Of a stretch of 39,369 nt of DNA, positions 26,341-34,720 are shown piece by piece; positions within the stretch are counted from its first letter, which is position 1; each line of letters starts with the position of its first letter. The stretch lies in IMG/VR virus record IMGVR_UViG_3300011339_000397, positions 1 through 39,369 of that record; one strand, given 5' to 3'. The notes beneath the pieces were generated by a model. The model saw nothing but the letters and a program-made list of their open reading frames with translations, made no database searches and had not been told where the DNA came from. Made by a program: the position numbers and the translations under genes. This DNA is from a virus. Taxonomy: Duplodnaviria; Caudoviricetes.

Positions 26341-27915
26341 CTAAAAAGTTTCTCGAAGTAGGGTACTTTCTGGATCATAGTAGAGTGAACCAGCATCACC
26401 AAGTTTAGCAAATGGTCTGTTCTTGTCAATTACGAAATGCGTAGTGTTCTGTTCTACCTCATCCTCACTCTCAACGTCTCGGTCGATCTTGATACAGATG
26501 ATAGCCTCTTCTTCCAGTGCTGCTGCATACTTAGTGCGCCCATCCTCGTTGACCTGACTGATGAAGATCACACCAATGTTCAACTCCTTAGCAAGCTGTG
26601 CCATCTGTGCGCCCAGTGAGGTCAGCGTCGAGGTTGCACCATCTACACCAGCATTGGATAGATAAGCAAGACGTTGCACATGGTCAATGAACAGGTAGCC
26701 TGCACCATACACAGAGGCAGCAAGGCGTACATACTCTAGCAACTTCATGGGATCATCATGCACTCGCATCTCGAAGATGATTGTGCGTTCTGCTTTGGTT
26801 GCTTTCTGTGCAGCCTTGATCACATCCTCTTCACTCACCCCGTTATCACGAGCATCATCCTTTGTACGTACATTAACACCCAACTCGTAGGTAGCCATAG
26901 CACGATACGTTGTGGACTTCATCTCTTCCATATGCAGCAGGGCGATACGTTCATCAGGATCAGCCAGCATAGCCATCTCAAAGAAGCGCACAACCTCTGT
27001 CTTACCCATACCACGGGGTGCTTTGATAAACGTCAGGCCACCCTTGACCAACCCACGGCACTTCTCGTCGATACCAGCATGACCAGTAGGGACATAGCTG
27101 TATGGGTTCTCCTTACGGATAGCGTTATCAACTGCCTCATCAGAACAGAAGAAGTTGTCTGGCGTGTAGCGTTGGGGTTTGACTGCTGCCCACTTAAGGG
27201 TTTCCCCTGCGCCTGCCATTAGGAACTCATTGGCATCCTTGTACTGTGACATAGGTACATACCAGAAGTTCTTTGGGAAGGCTGCATACAGAAGCTCTGC
27301 TGCCCTACGCCCTGCATCATCAAGCTCACCAGCATAGATGATATCCTGAAAGGTAGACAGGTACTTGTAGTTCTTCTTGACGAACTTGTCACCAATGCTG
27401 GCACTAGGCAGGGACTTCACTGGGTAGGTATTGCCTAGGATTTGATACAGGGATGCAGCATCAAACTCTCCCTCGGTGATGAAGATTTTCTTTGACGTAC
27501 CAGCATTAAACTCTGGGCCAAAGAGGTCATCCATAGGCTTACCCTTCTCCTTCGTCCAGAAAACCTTCTCCTCAAACCCACGATACTTTACGTTTTCAGT
27601 ATGTTTGAACGCATAACGAACTGGGTTGCCATCAAGTCCAAGCTGTAGTTGGATGCCATACTTTTTGCATACGTCTGGGTCAATGCCACGAATACCGTCA
27701 TAGGTAAACCCTGATGTTGGCACAGACTTAATATCAATCTTTTCTTTCACGGGATACCTTTCTGTTGCCCAATCTTTTAGCCCTCTCATACGTGGTGGTG
27801 GGTATCTACCAGCACAAGAATGGCAGTAGCCTGTGTGCCTCTCGTCGTTCCAAGCAAATGCGTCAGAACTTTTACATCCTTCGAAGGGACACTCTTGATG
27901 TGTGTGTTCAACCAA
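26341..27915 (-). CDS. DNA primase-helicase (T7 gp4-like)
   Basis: N-terminal zinc finger (CP...C.SSD...CHSC), TOPRIM ITEGEFDA/DDAG/KDANE, Walker A APRGMGKT, FIDH, ISQ, KNR. Confidence 0.93.
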   Translation of the reverse strand: MVEHTHQECPFEGCKSSDAFAWNDERHTGYCHSCAGRYPPPRMRGLKDWATERYPVKEKIDIKSVPTSGFTYDGIRGIDPDVCKKYGIQLQLGLDGNPVRYAFKHTENVKYRGFEEKVFWTKEKGKPMDDLFGPEFNAGTSKKIFITEGEFDAASLYQILGNTYPVKSLPSASIGDKFVKKNYKYLSTFQDIIYAGELDDAGRRAAELLYAAFPKNFWYVPMSQYKDANEFLMAGAGETLKWAAVKPQRYTPDNFFCSDEAVDNAIRKENPYSYVPTGHAGIDEKCRGLVKGGLTFIKAPRGMGKTEVVRFFEMAMLADPDERIALLHMEEMKSTTYRAMATYELGVNVRTKDDARDNGVSEEDVIKAAQKATKAERTIIFEMRVHDDPMKLLEYVRLAASVYGAGYLFIDHVQRLAYLSNAGVDGATSTLTSLGAQMAQLAKELNIGVIFISQVNEDGRTKYAAALEEEAIICIKIDRDVESEDEVEQNTTHFVIDKNRPFAKLGDAGSLYYDPESTLLRETF

Positions 27916-27920
27916 TTACC

Positions 27921-28211
27921 TTAGTCTCCCTGTGGAGTACCATAGGTAGCAACAAGAGCATCACGTGTACGAACCATCGCCTTGTGGTCTTTCTTGCTCC
28001 ACCACTCAGGGTACTCATCCCATGTCCCAACATACTCGTCAACCTCTTCCAAGATTTCTGTCAGTAGTTCCACAGCAATGCTGGCTTTCTGGTCATCCTC
28101 TAGTCCACGCCATTCTAATTTGTACTTATCCATATCTTCTTCTCCTGTCAAGTGAGGGCCATTACATTTCCAAGGTGTCACACAGTTAGGACACATATCA
28201 TCTTCATCCAA
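27921..28211 (-). CDS. Hypothetical protein
   Basis: 96 aa; N-terminal CPNC....C..H peptide, and a second RBS plus Met at residue 27. Confidence 0.6.
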   Translation of the reverse strand: MDEDDMCPNCVTPWKCNGPHLTGEEDMDKYKLEWRGLEDDQKASIAVELLTEILEEVDEYVGTWDEYPEWWSKKDHKAMVRTRDALVATYGTPQGD

Positions 28212-28896
28212 CTAAAGCCTCCCATGATACGGGAAATAGTTCCTGCATATGCTCACTGATCTGATCTGCTACCAGCCGTGTCTCATACTGTGTGTCTTCC
28301 TTGCAGCGTAGCTTACACATATCAGCGAAAGCATCAAGTGATCCTGACCAATACCACTCAGTCATAGTCGATTGAGGTAGAACCATACGTGCTTGCTCTG
28401 GTGCTACTCCATCCCTAAGGAGTTCATTGTACACGGAGCAAGCAATATCTTGGTAGTCCACGTAAGTAGCACAATCAAGTACATCGTTGTATCCAGTACG
28501 AACAAGAGTTGCCTCTGTGAATACAGACTGTTTAGATGAACCTTGCTTCTTGTCAGCACTACGACCACGCCATGCCTCTGGTGTGTAGAACTCTGGGGGA
28601 TCATCAACATAGCGCCGACTGACTTCATTCCAGCGTAGGAACTTATGCTTCACCAGTTGACGAGCAACAAAGATAGGAGCCTTCACATGGAAGGAAGCAA
28701 AGGCATGACCGAAGGGACTAAAGTGTTTATGCTCGGCCAGATACTTGATTAGCTTTGCGTCACTAGGCTTTAGGGTAAGTGTCCAACCATCGTATCCAGA
28801 CAAGTCCCATTCACTTTCCTTACCAAAGGATCCCCGTGCTGCGTTGACAACACTAAGGTCTGACCCCATGCTGTCGATCAAGGTAGCTTCAATCAT
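28204..28896 (-). CDS. thyX: Flavin-dependent thymidylate synthase
   Basis: MGSDL.VVNAAR.SF, H.SPF.H, APIFVARQL.KH, NE.SRRY, APEQARMVLP, Q.E.R. Confidence 0.95.
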   Translation of the reverse strand: MIEATLIDSMGSDLSVVNAARGSFGKESEWDLSGYDGWTLTLKPSDAKLIKYLAEHKHFSPFGHAFASFHVKAPIFVARQLVKHKFLRWNEVSRRYVDDPPEFYTPEAWRGRSADKKQGSSKQSVFTEATLVRTGYNDVLDCATYVDYQDIACSVYNELLRDGVAPEQARMVLPQSTMTEWYWSGSLDAFADMCKLRCKEDTQYETRLVADQISEHMQELFPVSWEALVG

Positions 28897-29122
28897 GTTG
28901 CTTCTCCATCGCTTCTTGTTCCAGTTCTTTTATTCTTGCCATGAGTTCGTGTTCCTTCTCGGTGCATACCCATAACCAGTTTTTACAAGCGTCACTGTGG
29001 GCTTTCTTCCAAACATCCACCTCTTTCTTAAGCTCTTCAATACGAGTAGCGACGAGATAGACGAGGTGGCACTCTGGAAAATACCAAGCCTGCAAAGACT
29101 TGATAAGTTGCTCATCGGTCAT
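28889..29122 (-). CDS. Hypothetical coiled-coil protein
   Basis: Start moved to MTDEQLIKSLQ (ATGA overlap, GAGG RBS); similar to 35790-36041. Confidence 0.65.
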   Translation of the reverse strand: MTDEQLIKSLQAWYFPECHLVYLVATRIEELKKEVDVWKKAHSDACKNWLWVCTEKEHELMARIKELEQEAMEKQHD

Positions 29123-29367
29123 TTGAATAAATCCTCTGGCATTGCCAAGTATGTTACAAGGAAACCAAATGGCCCTACGAAAATCACACATGATGCAATA
29201 ACCATATTCGCAGGATCATCCTTCCAGAAGTTAAACAAAGAGTCTGACATATTGAAGAGTTCAGGATGCTCCCTTGCCAAAGACCTTCTCATTACAAATG
29301 CAAGATGTACAACGCTTGCAACACCTGCAAGCAACCATAATGTAATAAACAGAATCATATCACTCAA
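29119..29367 (-). CDS. Small membrane protein
   Basis: Two hydrophobic segments; coupled to neighbours. Confidence 0.6.
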   Translation of the reverse strand: MSDMILFITLWLLAGVASVVHLAFVMRRSLAREHPELFNMSDSLFNFWKDDPANMVIASCVIFVGPFGFLVTYLAMPEDLFK

Positions 29368-29590
29368 TCCTAAACGCGCTGAAATCTTCTGGCTTAAACA
29401 TCAATGTCCAAAAGGAAACATGGCGACCACCTTGGTCAATCATATCATAGACATCATTAACAATATCTTCCAACTTGTTGATGTCATCCATCAAGATAGG
29501 ACTAAGCATCACCCACTCACCCTTGTTAGCGTGTAGGCCATAGAGGTTCTTAGTGATAACCTGTGGCCCAACTGTTAGTTCTGTCATCAT
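29360..29590 (-). CDS. Hypothetical protein
   Basis: 76 aa ORF in operon. Confidence 0.6.
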   Translation of the reverse strand: MMTELTVGPQVITKNLYGLHANKGEWVMLSPILMDDINKLEDIVNDVYDMIDQGGRHVSFWTLMFKPEDFSAFRIE

Positions 29591-29591
29591 A

Positions 29592-29801
29592 CTACCAATC
29601 CTTTCGGATTTTCCAGTAGACCCAACACTCCATGCAATGACCCTGACCTAAGAAAGTGTCAATGAACGCACAGATGTTGGGCTTACCCCTGCGTTGCCAG
29701 TCATAGTTCCTAGCACTGAACGTCTGGTTATTGCTACCACCAAGGATAACATTTAGCAAGACGCTCAGTGCCACGAAGATACGATTAAGATACCGAAACA
29801 T
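29592..29801 (-). CDS. Conserved small phage protein
   Basis: L.N..LGG...T.SAR ... ID..L...HC motif pattern. Confidence 0.65.
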   Translation of the reverse strand: MFRYLNRIFVALSVLLNVILGGSNNQTFSARNYDWQRRGKPNICAFIDTFLGQGHCMECWVYWKIRKDW

Positions 29802-30252
29802 TCGCAGTGAGTAGCTTAGCTAGAGGCTTGAACTCTACACTCGCAACAGGAGACTTAGTGTCCAGCTTAATAACCTGAGCAATGGCACGACCCATAGGCG
29901 AATCAAAGATGTAGAAGGCATTGAGTTCTACATTACCCTTCTCTGCAAGGTAGTGATAGACTGTCTTACCCGTCTCGAACTGGACAGACACAGTGTAGGG
30001 CATGACCTCTTCAACATCGTTCTTGTCACAAGTGACTACCTCACCAGTACCTTTGATTTCCATCACCCACTTACCTGCGCTATTCACAGCCAGCTTGTGG
30101 CCATACTTCACAGTGCTTACAAGGCTGTTGATTTGGTATAGCTTCTTCTCAGTCATAGTGTTTTCCTTTTGTGTGTCAGGTCTGTTGTATCTGGATGCAG
30201 CGTAGTACCTCATTGCATCTTCGAAGTGTGGAGGGAAATCCCAGTTCCTCAT
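29785..30252 (-). CDS. Hypothetical protein
   Basis: 155 aa; alternative start MTEKK at 30156 after AAGGA. Confidence 0.6.
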   Translation of the reverse strand: MRNWDFPPHFEDAMRYYAASRYNRPDTQKENTMTEKKLYQINSLVSTVKYGHKLAVNSAGKWVMEIKGTGEVVTCDKNDVEEVMPYTVSVQFETGKTVYHYLAEKGNVELNAFYIFDSPMGRAIAQVIKLDTKSPVASVEFKPLAKLLTANVSVS

Positions 30253-31328
30253 GTCTTGTTCCCCTTTCGGATACCCTGTGCTGTCTTAGCACCATTGTAT
30301 GTGTGCCTCATGTATGGGTTGAGGCTGCTGATGTTCTTGTGTCCTGTCACCTGCATGATCCCAGTACTGTCAACGCCCGCTGCCACGAACTCATTGATAG
30401 CTGTCTTACGCAAGTGACCAATCTTCAAATCTTCTGGTAGTCCACACGCAACCTTTATGGAGCGAAGTATAGGGCCGAATGTTACTGGTGTCAACGGGAC
30501 ATAAGCGTTATCGGATATACGATGGTGTGGTACTACTAGCTTTTGGAAACCCCAGTCATCCTGTTGTTGCTTCAACATGGATAGTAATGGCTCATCAATG
30601 GGTAGGAACACCTCGGCCCCACGCTTGGACTGCTTGATGGATACTCTAGCCCCAACCAGATCAACATTGTCCCATGTCAGGTGGCATATGTCAGTGGGTC
30701 GTTGCGCCCACTCGTAGCACATCATCACGAGAAGCCCTACGTTTCTCCACTTGAAATCCTTAAAGGCTGTGTCAAGGAACAACTCTACTTGGTCTTGTTT
30801 CCAGATAGGAGTAGAGGGTTCATGCTTTAGTTTCTTAACCTTACCCATAGGGTTATCGTTGATCAAGTCCAAGGATCGTGCGAAGTTTAGCACCACAGAG
30901 AATAGCCTTGCCCGTTCATTGGCCCTAGCCACGGAGTGTTCAGACACCCACTGTTCGTATGCCTCGTTGCACAGCTTGGCAGTGAGCTTGTTGACAGACA
31001 CATCACCTATCCAAATGCCTGATACCTTTAGCAATTCAGCCTCATACTTGATCTGGGAACTACTAGCAAGAGAGGCAAACTGTTTGGATAATAGGTAGTA
31101 GTTGATGATATGTTTGACCTTAGAGGTTGGGCCTACGTTACCTTCTTTGATATAACCTTTACGATAGGCTGCTACCTTTTCGAGTAGTCTAGGTATCTCA
31201 TAACGTGCAGCCCTACCATCCGTGAAGGTCTTGGATGAAACTACGCCAGCCTTCCTAACTTCCTCTGGTGGACTAAACCTATAGACAGTTGACCCATCCT
31301 TTAGTGTAATCTTCTTTGTATACTTCAT
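30249..31328 (-). CDS. Tyrosine recombinase / phage integrase
   Basis: Catalytic set R (WAQRPTD), K (QSK), HxR (HLRKT), H (TGHK), Y (PY); NP motif; start MKYTKK after AAGGGG. Confidence 0.9.
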   Translation of the reverse strand: MKYTKKITLKDGSTVYRFSPPEEVRKAGVVSSKTFTDGRAARYEIPRLLEKVAAYRKGYIKEGNVGPTSKVKHIINYYLLSKQFASLASSSQIKYEAELLKVSGIWIGDVSVNKLTAKLCNEAYEQWVSEHSVARANERARLFSVVLNFARSLDLINDNPMGKVKKLKHEPSTPIWKQDQVELFLDTAFKDFKWRNVGLLVMMCYEWAQRPTDICHLTWDNVDLVGARVSIKQSKRGAEVFLPIDEPLLSMLKQQQDDWGFQKLVVPHHRISDNAYVPLTPVTFGPILRSIKVACGLPEDLKIGHLRKTAINEFVAAGVDSTGIMQVTGHKNISSLNPYMRHTYNGAKTAQGIRKGNKT

Positions 31329-31345
31329 GTTGTTCCCCTTGTGTA

Positions 31346-31440
31346 AGGGTAGCACTTGCATAAGTCATCATCATGTGCTACCCTCTATCTCTTTATGTAT
31401 TACTTAAGTATTTATCTCTTAAGAATATAATACTTAAGTT
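31346..31440. promoter_or_regulatory. Control region upstream of the recombinase: 10-bp inverted repeat plus three CTTAAG boxes
   Basis: AGGGTAGCAC (31346-31355) / GTGCTACCCT (31375-31384); CTTAAG at 31403, 31418 and 31433 in AT-rich DNA. Confidence 0.5.
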
Positions 31441-31648
31441 AAACATAAGGTGTCTCTTTAGGCATAACCATAGAGAGAACCTTATTGAGATGCAGAATGT
31501 ATCCACTTGCATCTTGCACTGCTTCATAGACAGTGATACTATTACCCTCAAGACTTTCTTCTCTGCCAAAGAAGACAGCCTCAGCCAATCCCTCGAACAC
31601 AGATGAGGTAACAGTCTCACCACTATCCCTGACGTAAACACTATACAT
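31439..31648 (-). CDS. Hypothetical protein
   Basis: 69 aa; AGGA RBS. Confidence 0.6.
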   Translation of the reverse strand: MYSVYVRDSGETVTSSVFEGLAEAVFFGREESLEGNSITVYEAVQDASGYILHLNKVLSMVMPKETPYV

Positions 31649-31657
31649 CTTGTTGTC

Positions 31658-31726
31658 CTATGTAAAGAGTAGAAGTAATATAATCAGGGTAGCATTCACC
31701 AGAAAGGCTAAGTCTATACCCCTCAT
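31658..31726 (-). CDS. Putative 22-aa hydrophobic peptide
   Basis: MRGIDLAFLVNATLIILLLLFT; TAATG-coupled to rIIB and fills the gap. Confidence 0.4.
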   Translation of the reverse strand: MRGIDLAFLVNATLIILLLLFT

Positions 31727-32622
31727 TATGAGTTCACACACCAGCAGTCAGGATCACCACACTTGTCAGCATCATCCTCTACAATTCCATCAAGTTCTTC
31801 TTGTTCATCATTGTAGTGCACTTCCCACTCGTGTTCTTCCTCGGTAAGATCGAAGTCATCCTCTGGTACATACTCACCATACATCTTGTTGTCAAGGATT
31901 TCTGGAATACGTGCAGGTTCAATCTCTTCAACCACCTTGTATTCACAGACCCGCATCTTCGCAAAGTCGTAGTCATAAGGTACAGCTACAACATTCGCAG
32001 GGTTTACTTCAACCACCACAGTACGCGAGTTGGCAGCGTCAGCAAAGCCTTGTAGATACTGGTCAGCGCATACGTGCAAGCCAGACGAACAGGTGTTCTT
32101 TGGATCATCATCTACCTTGCGGCGATCCATCTGTACCACATTGCCTACGCTGTTGTCCATAGTACCACTATGAATGTCCTTGTAGTCCTTGCGGATACGC
32201 TTGAAGGCAATGAAGTAACCCTCTGGTGTGATCGGTGCGTTGAAGTTCTCAAGGAAGTTGAACAGGCATTCACGAGAACGGAACGATGGGTTCTGCATAA
32301 GGTTCTCAAGGAACCGAACCCAAGGCGTAGCATCAAAGCCCTCGTCCAGTAGGTCTAGCAGCTTGTCTGTGAGTGCGTTGTGGATTGCCTCACCCTCATA
32401 CCAGACAACACCATCTGCAATCTCTACCTTAGCTCCAACGGCAGACTTGCGAATGTTCTCTTCACGATCTGCCAGACGCAGGATCACTTCAAGTGAATGT
32501 TCAGGTAGCTTGAGGTGGTCACGCAGTAGATCAAAGTTCTTATGCCCAGACAGGACAGTGTGCATCTTACCACCAGCAAAGACAGTGATGCTTTCATTCG
32601 AGAGTGTGTAGGGAATACGCAT
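31726..32622 (-). CDS. rIIB: RIIB-like protein
   Basis: FLENL..NPS, L..FL, IT..G.F.A.K, M.R..VDDD...TCSSGLH, V.P.NVV.VP.DY...KMRVC.Y.V. Confidence 0.9.
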   Translation of the reverse strand: MRIPYTLSNESITVFAGGKMHTVLSGHKNFDLLRDHLKLPEHSLEVILRLADREENIRKSAVGAKVEIADGVVWYEGEAIHNALTDKLLDLLDEGFDATPWVRFLENLMQNPSFRSRECLFNFLENFNAPITPEGYFIAFKRIRKDYKDIHSGTMDNSVGNVVQMDRRKVDDDPKNTCSSGLHVCADQYLQGFADAANSRTVVVEVNPANVVAVPYDYDFAKMRVCEYKVVEEIEPARIPEILDNKMYGEYVPEDDFDLTEEEHEWEVHYNDEQEELDGIVEDDADKCGDPDCWCVNS

Positions 32623-32631
32623 GGTTGCTCC

Positions 32632-34584
32632 TTATGCGTTGTTGATTAGGTTGATGTAGTGCAGGAAGTGGGTAAGGTGTTTGTCGAAGTTTGTATCTAG
32701 CTTCAACAATGGATACTTGTCAAGGATACTATTATACTCTTGATCCACCTTCTTGTCGTTAATAAAAGGTAGTCCAAGTCGTTTCAAGTTATTATCCCAT
32801 ACGTCACGAGTCAAGCCTAGATAGTGAGACTGACGAGCGGCATTTGCTTTCTTGGCAAACTCGCCAACAACACCTGTATCATTGGTGAACCCACGTAGTT
32901 TTGCATAGTCATAACGATGATACCTATTACCAAGAGTATGCTGTGCAAGCTGTGCCTTAGCCTTAATCATTTCGTCCAGCTTAGGCACAATCAATTGCCA
33001 CTGTGTTGCAGCCTCAAACTTTTTCCACATAGGCTTAGGCACAAGGATGATATCCTGTAGTAGTTCACTCTTAACCATTGGGACAAGGTTCAACAGATAC
33101 TGGGGATATGCTCCACCTTCCATAGGATAGTAGAAGCCACCCTTCTGGAACATCGCATCATCCATCTCCATAGGTCGGCGGCTACCATAGTCACTGCACA
33201 GGTAAGACACAGACAGCTTAGCCCGTGGCCCTGTCTTCACTGCCCCATCATCATGTAGGTCTTTGACATACTTCACAGGGTAGTCAAGGTCATGGAACAG
33301 CGCAGCTAGGCTAGTCTTTGCCAAGGGATCAGACAGGTCAACCTTAACCCAGATCAACCTTTCATTAGGCTTGAGGTCAAGAGAGATACGTTTTGCTGCA
33401 CGAACATTTGCAACCTTATCAGACACATCCTGCACATAGATAGTGTAGTCTACGTTTGGTGATGCCTCTGTCTCTGTGCCAAACCCAACAGTAGAGTTAT
33501 CTCTCCACCCTTTGCTGCCTACATGGAGAGACAGGAACGGATACGACAGGTGTGGTCGGAAGTCTTTGATAGGTGTGCCACGCCAGCAGAAGCTACCATT
33601 GCCAAGCGTCTTGTTATACTTACAGACAGCCTTGGTTGCTCGGTATAAGCTTGGCTCTTTGTCGATATCTACCTGTGCTTTCTCAATCATCCCCTCTTTT
33701 ACCTTGGAGATAACCTTCTTGATGTTAGCCAAGGTAGGGTCATTCGCACCATAGCTTAGGTCTTCACGGGATGCAGTAACCTCAAGATCACCAATGTCAA
33801 ACTCGAACACAACATTGCGAGTGTTGAAGGATAGCAAACCGAAGGGCAGTGAGTTGGTGTTGATAGGGTAGAGGACACACCCCATCTGTGCATAGGGGCC
33901 AGACAAACGGCTGTCAGTGTAGAAGTAGTAGCCTTCACCCTCAATTAACTTCTTGATAGGTTGGAACTGTTTGTCCCGTGAGTTCTTCACATGGGGTTGA
34001 ACCTTGAACCCATAGGATACCACCTCTGCTGCACGTTGGAAGGATGGGATATCATCACGCTTAACAGGGAAGGATACCTCTAGCCCATCTGGCTCATTAG
34101 TAGGTGAAGGTTCGGACATAACGTGTAGCTGTGGCGATCCATCAGGGCCAAGCTGGATGGAATAGTATGCGACCAGACCTTTGTGACGTGACACCACAGA
34201 GAACGTATCAGTGTATGACATAGGAGACATACGGCCCACACCCCACTTACCTACAGCCTTGTTGGTGTTCTCCTTAGTGGAGTGACCAAGCACAGTGTAG
34301 AAGCCTTCCATGTTCTCATGTGCAATGCCTGCACCGAAGTCACGGCAGGAGAACACAGGGGTCAGTGACGTAGGGAATGTCACCTCGAATGGAACGTCCT
34401 GCTTACCCACCATTACGTGTGCATCAAAAGCATTACTCCAGATTTCCCTCGTGATTGACTGTGGCTTGTTCGAGTATAGGCCAGAGATAACCATGTGGAA
34501 CATCTTGCCCGATGCTTGGATGGTGAAGTCTTTAGTAGCATGGCTGTTGTTCTCAACCACACGTAGATTAGTGTTCGTCTGCAT
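32632..34584 (-). CDS. rIIA: RIIA-like protein with N-terminal GHKL ATPase domain
   Basis: LYSNK....RE..SNA.DAH, RDFG.G, STK, G.WG.G...P.SYTD.F; adjacent to rIIB. Confidence 0.9.
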   Translation of the reverse strand: MQTNTNLRVVENNSHATKDFTIQASGKMFHMVISGLYSNKPQSITREIWSNAFDAHVMVGKQDVPFEVTFPTSLTPVFSCRDFGAGIAHENMEGFYTVLGHSTKENTNKAVGKWGVGRMSPMSYTDTFSVVSRHKGLVAYYSIQLGPDGSPQLHVMSEPSPTNEPDGLEVSFPVKRDDIPSFQRAAEVVSYGFKVQPHVKNSRDKQFQPIKKLIEGEGYYFYTDSRLSGPYAQMGCVLYPINTNSLPFGLLSFNTRNVVFEFDIGDLEVTASREDLSYGANDPTLANIKKVISKVKEGMIEKAQVDIDKEPSLYRATKAVCKYNKTLGNGSFCWRGTPIKDFRPHLSYPFLSLHVGSKGWRDNSTVGFGTETEASPNVDYTIYVQDVSDKVANVRAAKRISLDLKPNERLIWVKVDLSDPLAKTSLAALFHDLDYPVKYVKDLHDDGAVKTGPRAKLSVSYLCSDYGSRRPMEMDDAMFQKGGFYYPMEGGAYPQYLLNLVPMVKSELLQDIILVPKPMWKKFEAATQWQLIVPKLDEMIKAKAQLAQHTLGNRYHRYDYAKLRGFTNDTGVVGEFAKKANAARQSHYLGLTRDVWDNNLKRLGLPFINDKKVDQEYNSILDKYPLLKLDTNFDKHLTHFLHYINLINNA

Positions 34585-34604
34585 GATTTACTCCATGAAT
34601 ATGT

Positions 34605-34682
34605 TGGTGCAACTGGAGGGACTCGAACCCCCATTGATCCATTACGGTGCTTCGCATTAGAAGTGCGATCCGATACAGTTGC
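34605..34682 (-). tRNA. tRNA-Arg(UCU)-like RNA with non-canonical, displaced D-loop
   Basis: GCAACTG-TATCGGA-TCGCA[CTTCTAA]TGCGA-AGCACCGTAATGGATCAAT-GGGGG[TTCGAGT]CCCTC-CAGTTGC-A-CCA: perfect 7-bp acceptor, 5-bp anticodon stem, T arm and encoded CCA. Confidence 0.85.
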
Positions 34683-34720
34683 ATTCAGGTTAACAGTGTT
34701 AACCTATTGTTATCTCCTAG

